From positions 186,001-250,000 of IMG/VR virus record IMGVR_UViG_3300046542_000227: 64,000 nt of DNA; one strand, 5' to 3'. Below are positions 27,561-36,132 of this stretch, piece by piece; within the stretch, counting starts at the first letter, position 1, and the number at the start of each line of letters is the position of its first letter. The notes below the pieces were generated by a model that had not been told where the DNA came from, ran no database searches, and saw only the letters and a program-made list of their open reading frames with translations. Made by a program: the position numbers and the translations under genes.

Positions 27561-29651
27561 ATGCTCGAACTGCTACTCACCGTAGGGCGGAAGACGACCG
27601 CAGCTGATGATTCGGATGTGCCATTTAATCCAGGCACTCCGTTCAAAGGCGTAGTACCAGCAGCGTCCTTTATCACAGGCGATACTCTCGCCGCCGCCAT
27701 CAACTACCAAGGTGGTGTATCCATTAACACGGACGCTGGATGGCTGCACTTTATCGAAGACAATGGTCTTGAGCTGTATATTGCCAAGAAGCCATTGCGT
27801 TATGGTATCTCCCCATCATACAACGCCGAAGCATATGCTAGTGTTAACGGTGAAATCAATATCGCTGGTACCGTATACGTAATACGGGACATGTACGGTG
27901 CCGCCAGTATTTCAGGCGGTTACGGTCCAAGCAACGCTGGCGGTGAATGGAACCGTTACATGTACAACGTCTACGATCAAACCGATCGGGCGGGTATTCC
28001 AGAGGCCCTACTCTGGGGTAATTACACCAACCCAATGTTGGGACTCCCTACCTCAACCGACGGGACCGACCTAGGAGATGGCGTCTTCAGCATCTGTGCG
28101 GACCACATCGCTGAAGGCATAATAGTGCGCGGCAATGACTGGTACAACAGCAGTGGTGGTTACCACATTAAGGGTATCTGGTACGCACCACCCGGTAATA
28201 TCCAGTCCTATTATGGCTGGCGTCCCATCCTGATCAAGAAGTCCACGATTCCACCAACACCGTTCAAAGGTGTGGTAGCACCCGAAGACTTAATTAGCGC
28301 ACCTGACCTCGCCACCACCGTCGGTCTAACCACCGGTTCCCTCGGCTACGATCCTAATCCGGGCTGGCTGAAGTTTGTCAACAATGGCAAAACCGTCTAC
28401 ATCGCCAAGAAGCCGTTCCGGGTTAGCATCCTCTGGACGACGCTCAATGACTTGGGTGTGGTCTTCGGTACCAAGACTCTGGCGATCGGTGGTAAGCTCT
28501 ATAAAGTTCGCTTGATGACGGGTAGTAACACTGACCCAGCGGATTTGGCTGCTGGTGAGTACGACACTCTCTTCTCACGAGTCACTGCGCTATATAGCGG
28601 TCCTGGTGAGCGTTGGGGTGAGCTTACGTACGATGACGTCGGATGGTACGGGGGTACGGGCACAGGTGAATTGTGTCTGTGTCAAGAACAATACGGCGGT
28701 GGACCGCTAACCCGAGGCTATCCTGGTTTCGGTGGTATGTGGTATCAAGTGCCTACCGATACACATCCTGGCTATAGCTGGCGTCCAGTGTTGGAGCTGA
28801 TAGGTGATGCTCCTACCATCACTGACAGTTGGACCAAGCTGGGTGATCTGCCTGTGGCGATCAACGGGGCATCGGCTTGTGTCATCGGCAACAAGATGTA
28901 CGTGTTCGGTGGCCAAGATGCTGGCTTTGCGGTTAAAGGCGGACTGTACGAAGTTGACCTGACTACGGGTGCTGTAGTTACCAAAGCGTCCGATGCGGCC
29001 AGACGTTACCACACGGCGGCAGCGATCAACGGCAAGATGTATATCTACGGGGGCTACACCACAGCTTACGTGGGTGATGTCAGGGTCTATGATCCGGCAA
29101 CCAACACTTGGGCGAACGGTGCATTAAACGGCGTTGCTACAGACCGACATGCAGGTGTGGTGTACAACAACCTGTTCTACAACTTCGGTGGTAACGCAAG
29201 TCAGACACAGGCACGTTCTTATAACACAGTGGGTGCTGCATGGTCTAACTACACCCCAACTGGTCTGGGTGGTTCTCCTTGCTACTTGGGTTCGGCTGAC
29301 GTCCTTGGCACCAACATCTACACCCACACTGGCTACCAATCGCAGAAGCAGTTCCGTAAGATCGACATGGTTGCTAACGTGTCGAGTGCACTGGCTAACC
29401 CACCGCATGGTTCGTATGGTCATGCACACGGTGCGATGCAGGGTGGTATCTACCTGCTGGGTGGTACGGTTGACGTGACTGGTAAAGACAAGGTAGTTAC
29501 TCGTTACGATATCAACTCGAACACCTGGAGTTATCTCGGTGCGATTCCTTACACCATCGGTGAACGGGCAGCTTGTGCGCAGGATGCAACCAACATTTAC
29601 GTAGTGGGTGGCGTGGGTAGTCCAACAGCGATATGGAAATACACCCCGTAG
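27561..29651 (+). CDS. Virion/tail-associated protein: two WRP(V/I)L-type repeats plus C-terminal Kelch propeller
   Basis: Repeats FKGVV...GWL.F...YIAKKP.R...GWRP.L, then MYVFGG/MYIYGG/YDP..NTW Kelch motifs. Confidence 0.8.
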   Translation: MLELLLTVGRKTTAADDSDVPFNPGTPFKGVVPAASFITGDTLAAAINYQGGVSINTDAGWLHFIEDNGLELYIAKKPLRYGISPSYNAEAYASVNGEINIAGTVYVIRDMYGAASISGGYGPSNAGGEWNRYMYNVYDQTDRAGIPEALLWGNYTNPMLGLPTSTDGTDLGDGVFSICADHIAEGIIVRGNDWYNSSGGYHIKGIWYAPPGNIQSYYGWRPILIKKSTIPPTPFKGVVAPEDLISAPDLATTVGLTTGSLGYDPNPGWLKFVNNGKTVYIAKKPFRVSILWTTLNDLGVVFGTKTLAIGGKLYKVRLMTGSNTDPADLAAGEYDTLFSRVTALYSGPGERWGELTYDDVGWYGGTGTGELCLCQEQYGGGPLTRGYPGFGGMWYQVPTDTHPGYSWRPVLELIGDAPTITDSWTKLGDLPVAINGASACVIGNKMYVFGGQDAGFAVKGGLYEVDLTTGAVVTKASDAARRYHTAAAINGKMYIYGGYTTAYVGDVRVYDPATNTWANGALNGVATDRHAGVVYNNLFYNFGGNASQTQARSYNTVGAAWSNYTPTGLGGSPCYLGSADVLGTNIYTHTGYQSQKQFRKIDMVANVSSALANPPHGSYGHAHGAMQGGIYLLGGTVDVTGKDKVVTRYDINSNTWSYLGAIPYTIGERAACAQDATNIYVVGGVGSPTAIWKYTP

Positions 29652-29684
29652 CGGCATAACCCTCCCCTACGGGGGAGGGCTGTG
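29652..29684 (+). terminator. Hairpin of repeated family
   Basis: CGGCATAA-CCCTCCCC-TACG-GGGGAGGG. Confidence 0.7.
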
Positions 29685-29719
29685 TGTTTAAACCGAATTA
29701 CAGCTTAAGGGTGAAAACC

Positions 29720-31642
29720 ATGTTGGAATATTTATTGGCATCAGGAACAGCCGCCGTGGAGGGACCATTTATCCCGCCAACGGTGGAGAGCGGTAAAGCG
29801 TTTAAAGGCTGGGTCAGCAGTGCGGCGCTGATCGACGGTGATGCATTGGCTACGGCCATTGGCCTGAGTGCAGGTACGTCGCATAACGCTGATGCTGGCT
29901 GGTTGCACTACATCGACGGGGCACGGGAGTTCTACATTGCCCGCAAGACCTTTCGTTATGGCCTAGGGCATGCCCCGATTGAAGCAGCCATCAGCAATGG
30001 CACCAAGGTAATCCAGATCGGCGCTGACTATTATAAGGTCAAGCAGATCTCGGCGATGGCTGCTGATCCATTCAGTAGTATCGTTGGCGTAGGTGGCGGT
30101 GGTGACTGGGATAAGTACATCTATCCATTGGTCACCGGTCCAGCTCGGGCACAGATCACGGCTGAGGTTTGGTCGTACTATACCGAGAAGGATCTGGGTC
30201 TGTCACCGAACTGGGGCACACAACCTAATGGATCGATCACACATGCTGCAGACAAGCACAGTGCGCTAACTACGGCACGTGCCTCCCGTGGTCGGAACTA
30301 TGGCGGCGGGACGTCGATCGCTTCTGTGGTGGGTCGTACGGTTTATTACTCGGACAACCCTAACGAAGGTAACGCTGGTACGGGTCTGAACCAATACGGC
30401 TGGCGCCCGATGTTGGAGAAAACCACAGCGCCACCACCACCAGATGTATTCTACGGTGAGGTTGCGTCAGGAAGCTTCATCACACCGGGTGCGCTGACGA
30501 CAGCGGTGGGTATGGGTGCCGTAGGTTCGGTTACCAACATTGATACGGTCTGGCTGAAGTATAAGATCGCTGGCAAGACTCTGTACACGCCGAAGCTACC
30601 ACTGCGTCATGGTATTACGTGGGATGCTTTGAATGCCCTGGGCATCGTGTACGGTACGAAGGTAATCGTTATCGGTGGCAAGCGCTATTCGGTACGTCTG
30701 CCAAAAGGTGTCGATCCAGCAGTACCTTCCGCCAACGTCTACAACCCACTACACATGGGTGGTGACTTCAACAGCATGATCTATCCAGTCTATGGTGGTG
30801 TGGCCCTCAATAACGCACTGGTGCAAGCATATCCACGCTGGGCAGCTTACACAGATGCTGAGTTGGGTCTGAGTGTGTCTAAGTCGGGTATCCCTAATGG
30901 TGCCTTGACCATGTGCCAAGAGATGACCGCCAACGGTGGGTATCTGGTGCGGGGTTATAACGACAACGATAATGCTGGTACTGCACAGATCATCGCTGGC
31001 TGGTATGTCGGTGGTTCGGTTGTGCAGGCGTACGCAGGTTGGCGTCCGGTATTGGAAGAGTTGCCTGATCTGGTCGAGTCCTTCATGGGCGAGGTATCAG
31101 CAGCTAACTTCATCACTAACAGTGCCTTAACCACAGCGGTCGGTGTAACCATGGGTACGCAGATCAACGCCAGTGAGGGTTGGTTGCATTACTACGTGGA
31201 CAACACCGAGTACTATCTGGCGAAGAAACCGTTCCGTCAAAGCTTGACCCGAGAACACCTCCACTCGCTGGGGGCCGCAGTCGGGACCAAGACTGTAACG
31301 ATCGGTGGCAACGTCTACAAAGTGCGACTGATGCTCTGTAAAGATCCAGCAGCAGCTAAGCCGGGTCAAGAATGGGCTAAGTTTATCTACCGTGTCTATG
31401 GGGGTTCTACAGCGAGCCATCCAGATGTACAGGCACAGCCACGTTGGGCTGCTTACACCGATGCCGAGTTGGGCTTAGGTAATGAGAGTCCTGCAGATGG
31501 CCACATCAACATCGGTCAGGATGCTTACAATGGGGGTTGGGCATCGCCTGGCTACCATAGTCCGACTGAACTGTGGTATCAACCTGCCAACACCACTAAC
31601 GAAGGCTATGGATGGCGTCCGTTGCTGGAACTGGTACCGTAG
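29720..31642 (+). CDS. Virion/tail-associated protein with three WRP.LE repeats (phiKZ gp131-like family)
   Basis: Three ~200-aa repeats ending GWRPMLE, GWRPVLE, GWRPLLE. Confidence 0.8.
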   Translation: MLEYLLASGTAAVEGPFIPPTVESGKAFKGWVSSAALIDGDALATAIGLSAGTSHNADAGWLHYIDGAREFYIARKTFRYGLGHAPIEAAISNGTKVIQIGADYYKVKQISAMAADPFSSIVGVGGGGDWDKYIYPLVTGPARAQITAEVWSYYTEKDLGLSPNWGTQPNGSITHAADKHSALTTARASRGRNYGGGTSIASVVGRTVYYSDNPNEGNAGTGLNQYGWRPMLEKTTAPPPPDVFYGEVASGSFITPGALTTAVGMGAVGSVTNIDTVWLKYKIAGKTLYTPKLPLRHGITWDALNALGIVYGTKVIVIGGKRYSVRLPKGVDPAVPSANVYNPLHMGGDFNSMIYPVYGGVALNNALVQAYPRWAAYTDAELGLSVSKSGIPNGALTMCQEMTANGGYLVRGYNDNDNAGTAQIIAGWYVGGSVVQAYAGWRPVLEELPDLVESFMGEVSAANFITNSALTTAVGVTMGTQINASEGWLHYYVDNTEYYLAKKPFRQSLTREHLHSLGAAVGTKTVTIGGNVYKVRLMLCKDPAAAKPGQEWAKFIYRVYGGSTASHPDVQAQPRWAAYTDAELGLGNESPADGHINIGQDAYNGGWASPGYHSPTELWYQPANTTNEGYGWRPLLELVP

Positions 31643-31652
31643 CAAACATCTA

Positions 31653-31679
31653 GCCCTCCTTCGGGAGGGCTTTATGTCG
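31653..31679 (+). terminator. Hairpin of repeated family
   Basis: GCCCTCC-TTCG-GGAGGGC-TTTATGTCG. Confidence 0.75.
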
Positions 31680-31728
31680 TCGATGGTATGTTGATTGTTT
31701 TTGATAGTGGTAATAAAGGGAATTGGTT

Positions 31729-32682
31729 ATGTTGGAAACAATGTTAATGACGAAGCCACCTGCCGGATGGGTACCTGATCCGGACGGTAGTAGTTGGGTA
31801 GGGCTAGCTCCCGACTGGACGCTTGTGGGTACTGGACCCATCAACACACCAACGTACAATAACTGCTTTGGGGCATATGGTGGTAAGCTGTACACTTTTA
31901 GTGGTGACCTAAATGCCGAACTCTGGCAGGGCGACACAGCGAACCTAACTACATGGACAAAGAAGACCAATGGGGCATTAGCCAAGGATGATGCCGCAGG
32001 TTGTTTCTGTAAGGGCAAGTTCTATGTGCATGGTGGTTACGACACTGGTGGTAGTAACACCACCAACAACGTCATGCGAGCCTACGACCCATCTAAGAAC
32101 ACGTGGGCGGGCGTAGCAGCAGGTCCGGTTAAACGGGCAAGTCATGCTATGGAAAACCTGAACGACCAGATCTATCTATTCGGTGGGTATAGTGCAACAT
32201 CGGGCGATCTTCTACTTGACCTATGGCGATACAACCCAACCTCTAACGCGTGGGTTCGTTTAGCCGATGCGCCGAGTACACGTCGTGCCTTTGGTTTAGC
32301 TGCAGCCGACGGTAAGGTATACGTGTACGGAGGTTATACACTACCGGGACTTACAACAACAGACGGCTTCATGGTTTATGATGTCGCGACCAATACATGG
32401 TCTACATTACCCAATACACCGGGCCCGCGGTTTCAATGCACATTAACCGCACTGAATGGCAAGATCTATCTATTCGGGGGTCAACTTAGCAGCACCTACT
32501 ACAACGAGTTATGGGTATTTGATCCAGTGGTGGGTGAATGGACGTTACTAACACCAGCGGCGCCATTACCAGCCGCCCGACGGTGGCATCATGCAGCAGT
32601 CCAGCAAAACAAGCTGGTGATCTACGGTGGTTACACAGGTGCAGTTAACCGTGAGGTTTGGGTGTACACGCCGCCGGCATAA
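31729..32682 (+). CDS. Stand-alone Kelch-repeat beta-propeller protein
   Basis: Six blades: LYTFSG, FYVHGG, IYLFGG, VYVYGG, IYLFGG, LVIYGG with YDP..NTW. Confidence 0.88.
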   Translation: MLETMLMTKPPAGWVPDPDGSSWVGLAPDWTLVGTGPINTPTYNNCFGAYGGKLYTFSGDLNAELWQGDTANLTTWTKKTNGALAKDDAAGCFCKGKFYVHGGYDTGGSNTTNNVMRAYDPSKNTWAGVAAGPVKRASHAMENLNDQIYLFGGYSATSGDLLLDLWRYNPTSNAWVRLADAPSTRRAFGLAAADGKVYVYGGYTLPGLTTTDGFMVYDVATNTWSTLPNTPGPRFQCTLTALNGKIYLFGGQLSSTYYNELWVFDPVVGEWTLLTPAAPLPAARRWHHAAVQQNKLVIYGGYTGAVNREVWVYTPPA

Positions 32683-32690
32683 ACGTAAGA

Positions 32691-32728
32691 CGGCATAAAA
32701 CCCCTCCCATGAGGAGGGGGCTTATGTC
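32691..32728. terminator. Bidirectional hairpin at convergent junction
   Basis: CGGCATAAAACCCCTCC-CATGA-GGAGGGGGCTTATGTC. Confidence 0.75.
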
Positions 32729-32733
32729 AGTGT

Positions 32734-33363
32734 TTAAACAGGAACGATCTCGACGCGCTCTGTGGTTAACACACTACCAGTACTACGGCTGTACTTGCTG
32801 TAGACATAGCACTCGCGACTAATATTTAGTACGTGATTGATCTGCGTCGTATCATTCAACCATTGGTACTCCACAGTACCGTCGAAGTTAACGCCGCGCA
32901 ATACCGCAGGTCCGGCATCCAACCCGAACATGGTGATGAGACGATCACAGTTACTGGTCATGACCTCATCCAAACCCTGCAGTAAATACTCACGGCGTGC
33001 TTCTGGAATACAAGTCAGTTGAATATGACGATCTAGGTCGGCCTGCGTAGTACCCAACTGACCTGGAATAATGTCTGCCAGTTTATTTGGGAAGATACCA
33101 CCTAGCGAGTTACGGCAGGAATGCATGTGTCGCTCTTTCAGCACGGAAGCCATCGCGTGGGTCACGTAGGTAAAGGTGATCTTACCATCCTCACCGCTAC
33201 GGTTCATGCCATAGCTGGTGTAGCCAGCTACTTCCATTGCGGCATGGACCATCGCATGCCATGCTGGATCATCGACAGCCATGGTGATGTTGCGGTAGCC
33301 ATCTTCGGCTTTGTACATCTGATACGAATCGATCTTGATTACTGGTTCGCCCTGATCCACCAC
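32734..33363 (-). CDS. Hypothetical protein
   Basis: 209-aa ORF abutting upstream gene. Confidence 0.65.
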   Translation of the reverse strand: MVDQGEPVIKIDSYQMYKAEDGYRNITMAVDDPAWHAMVHAAMEVAGYTSYGMNRSGEDGKITFTYVTHAMASVLKERHMHSCRNSLGGIFPNKLADIIPGQLGTTQADLDRHIQLTCIPEARREYLLQGLDEVMTSNCDRLITMFGLDAGPAVLRGVNFDGTVEYQWLNDTTQINHVLNISRECYVYSKYSRSTGSVLTTERVEIVPV

Positions 33364-33795
33364 TCACCCCCGAAATGAAATATCACCGATGTAAGCCATG
33401 TTGTTTTGAGCACCATAGCGAATTGCCGCCGCCCTGACGAAGTTCCATTCAGGGATCGTCAAGGTTAGATTACCCGACTTGTACGCAAACATCGCGTAGT
33501 AACACATGCGGTCGATCTTCGAATACTTGATGTCGTAGATGTCATCATCCACGTCATCACTCTGCTGTGGGATCATGCTGTACGGACCCAGCGCATCACT
33601 AACCGAGTTTTGATCACCCAGTGTTTGTGCCACAGCCAGCATTTCAACGATCTCATTGCGCAGTTCAAAGATGGCCGCCCGACCTTTCCACGGACTGGCC
33701 ACCCCTTGCTGCTGACACTTCATCGCTTCTTTAGCGACCTCACTGGCCTCTTCAGCCAACTTGCCTAAGAGGTACTGCACCCACGTCATGCTCAT
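33364..33795 (-). CDS. MazG-like all-alpha NTP pyrophosphohydrolase
   Basis: KLAEEASEV...ELRNEIVEM (EExxE...ExxE/D pattern). Confidence 0.6.
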   Translation of the reverse strand: MSMTWVQYLLGKLAEEASEVAKEAMKCQQQGVASPWKGRAAIFELRNEIVEMLAVAQTLGDQNSVSDALGPYSMIPQQSDDVDDDIYDIKYSKIDRMCYYAMFAYKSGNLTLTIPEWNFVRAAAIRYGAQNNMAYIGDISFRG

Positions 33796-34171
33796 TTAAC
33801 AGCTCCGCTAAGGCCCGGGCTTGTGATACCGGGGTAGTTGCAAAACGATCTGAGATCAATCCACCTGCCTCTGTAGCCTTAACCCGTAGCTCTGCGAACA
33901 GTTGAGGGTTTTCGTCTACCCAGCGACGCCACAGCTCCTTGTAGGCAGCATATAGGTCGATTGTAGGGTCAAGCGGTGGTTTACCTTTACCAATACGCCA
34001 GTCATCAACACCCAGATCACCATAACCCTTAACACCGAGCTGGTAATGTTCCTCAATAGTAAACCCGTCACTAAGACGGGCTACTAATGCCGAGAAGCGA
34101 CGGTCTCCTTTGGTGGAGACTTCTATGCCGCCAAATCTTTCGAAGCGGAACTGGATGGACTGGCTGGCAGC
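33752..34171 (-). CDS. Start-less 139-codon ORF (conserved phage domain, NADAR-like), candidate -1 frameshift extension of the polymerase subunit
   Basis: Manual translation ...FGGIEVSTKGDRRFSALVARLSDGFTIEEHYQLGVKGY...WRIGKGKPP...YKELWRRW...SDRFATTPVSQARALAELLN; missing from ORF track. Confidence 0.7.
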   Translation of the reverse strand, partial: AASQSIQFRFERFGGIEVSTKGDRRFSALVARLSDGFTIEEHYQLGVKGYGDLGVDDWRIGKGKPPLDPTIDLYAAYKELWRRWVDENPQLFAELRVKATEAGGLISDRFATTPVSQARALAELLNEHDVGAVPLRQVG

Positions 34172-36042
34172 TTTTTTCCTTTGTGTTCCAGATAGGCTTC
34201 CAAGATGCGATCCATCGACGGAGCATTCAGAACCTTCTGTGCTATCTCCACAGCATTAACCCGACCACCCGTTAGGTTCACCCCGAACTCACGCCGTATC
34301 GCTTCAGTGAGTCCTTGAATCTGACAGAACTCCATCACCGTAGTTTCACGAGCGATGTTGAGAATCTGCGAGACGTTAGGGTAAGTCGATACAATGTCGA
34401 GGTCGGCTACGTGCGTGAAGATTAGCGTCAGGTATTCCCGCATCTCTTCGACACAGGCCATCCCCTCAGCCGCAGCCATATACGACGGTAGCGTGACGAT
34501 CCAGTCGTCATGTCCAATCACGAACTTATCCAGTTCATGAGACATCTGGTCAGACGCTGTACCAATCACCGACTTCTGCGGACGGTTCAGATACCAGAAA
34601 TGCATATCGTCGCAAAGACGTTTCGGGTTGGAGTTAAAGTTCTTAAAGTCCGAGTTCTTCGAATACATCGTAATCGACGAAGCCAAGTCTTTAGTCTTCT
34701 CATCCAACTGCTCCAAGCGCACGCTGTCGACGATGTTATAAACACCGTAAACGATCTTGTGCTTGGCTTGCATCACTTCGTGCCAACGCAGACCGGTGAG
34801 GTGATCGGTTGGTTTGTATTTCAGCTTACCGAAGTCGTTACGGACTTCGAGGACGTCGCCGACCTTCACGTTTTCAGGAGTGATGTCCTTACGAGCGATG
34901 TCTTGCTCGTTCAAGCTGTAATAAACGAAGCCACCTTTGCCTTTAGTCAGGTCATCGGCTTTATCGAGGAATGCTTGAATGTCACCCACCGCACTGATCT
35001 TGGACTCATAGTCACCATTGAGTTCCTTCTTCAGAATGCGGTCCAGGGCATAAGAGGGATCTTTACCGTTTGCCAGTCGAGTAATGCGATATACCGTCAT
35101 GGCATCGATGCATTGGAAGGTAGCCGGATGGGTTACCCAGTTCCAACGGTCTTCCACGTTGATCGACATTACTTTACCAGAAGCGGTGGTCTTCTGTGTG
35201 TTGCCTTTGCGATAGTTGAAGTACTTGTATTTGTCCGGAACCGTAGGGTCACTGAACACCATGCGCAGATCGATACCTTCCTTCTCCAGAGCACGGATGA
35301 TTTTGCTCATGTCGAAGTCCATGTTCCAGAAGGCAAACCAATCAGGCTTCCATTCATGGAGCTTCTCGATGCAGAGCATAACCACTTGAGCTGGAGTGTC
35401 AGCGATCAACACTTCAATTTCAAGGCCACGTTCTTCGAGTAGTTCAGGGATCAGTTCTTTCGCAGTACGGTGCGTATCACCAATTGGATCATCGATGTCT
35501 GCGACCCAACGCTTGAGGTAAACCAGACGTACGTTCTTCTTGTGACTAACCGACATGCAGATGATGTCATCTGTACCATCAACTACGTCGGTCTCAATGT
35601 CACCACCACCAACTGTGTTAAAGCTGATGGTTTCTGGATACTTGGTACGGTACTCTGCTTTAGCACAGCACGCCGAGCTGACATCAGCTCCATAGACGTA
35701 CGGGTTACGTTGCAGAACACGTTGTTGCATATGGGGGCCACCGGTACCCATACCCAAGGTACGGGCGATGGACTTGACCAGATCGAGCTGCGTCGAGGAA
35801 TACTCTTGCAGGTTGCTGGCAAATTCGTAGTCTTTCTTCTCTTCGTGGTTACGACGGCCTTTGTGGGTGATCCAGTAAGGACGCTTATAGTTCTCTTCAA
35901 AACGAAGACGGGGCACACGCCGCCCATCTTCCAAATGTACGACTTCTTTAATCACCAGCATGTCGCTGATGCCACGTTCTTGGTCTACAACGTAGGTAAT
36001 GTGTTTCGCTTCAAAGCCGGTTGGTTTAACAATAGAGCTCAC
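34123..36042 (-). CDS. Split family-B DNA polymerase, 3'-5' exonuclease/motif-A subunit (phiKZ gp82-like)
   Basis: ExoI DIETD, ExoII WNMDFD, SYALD, ExoIII YNIVD, pol motif A DLDIVSTYP. Confidence 0.88.
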   Translation of the reverse strand: MSSIVKPTGFEAKHITYVVDQERGISDMLVIKEVVHLEDGRRVPRLRFEENYKRPYWITHKGRRNHEEKKDYEFASNLQEYSSTQLDLVKSIARTLGMGTGGPHMQQRVLQRNPYVYGADVSSACCAKAEYRTKYPETISFNTVGGGDIETDVVDGTDDIICMSVSHKKNVRLVYLKRWVADIDDPIGDTHRTAKELIPELLEERGLEIEVLIADTPAQVVMLCIEKLHEWKPDWFAFWNMDFDMSKIIRALEKEGIDLRMVFSDPTVPDKYKYFNYRKGNTQKTTASGKVMSINVEDRWNWVTHPATFQCIDAMTVYRITRLANGKDPSYALDRILKKELNGDYESKISAVGDIQAFLDKADDLTKGKGGFVYYSLNEQDIARKDITPENVKVGDVLEVRNDFGKLKYKPTDHLTGLRWHEVMQAKHKIVYGVYNIVDSVRLEQLDEKTKDLASSITMYSKNSDFKNFNSNPKRLCDDMHFWYLNRPQKSVIGTASDQMSHELDKFVIGHDDWIVTLPSYMAAAEGMACVEEMREYLTLIFTHVADLDIVSTYPNVSQILNIARETTVMEFCQIQGLTEAIRREFGVNLTGGRVNAVEIAQKVLNAPSMDRILEAYLEHKGKKLPASPSSSASKDLAA

Positions 36043-36132
36043 GGGGATCCCCTCAGGGTCTGACTACGTACCATAACACGGCAAAGTATTTCTTATGAAT
36101 ATGATTACAACATCCTTCATTGGGATCGTGCC

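Noticed and set aside
27561-31642. Diversity-generating retroelement acting on the repeat proteins
   Set aside because: Repeats are diverged at all positions, I saw no adenine-specific template/variable pair, and there is no reverse transcriptase in the window
34087-34275. 62-aa plus-strand ORF in the polymerase gap
   Set aside because: Antisense to both the polymerase end and the better-supported minus-strand hidden ORF
34831-35020. Intein in the polymerase gene
   Set aside because: No C/S start with HN-C/S/T end, and too short
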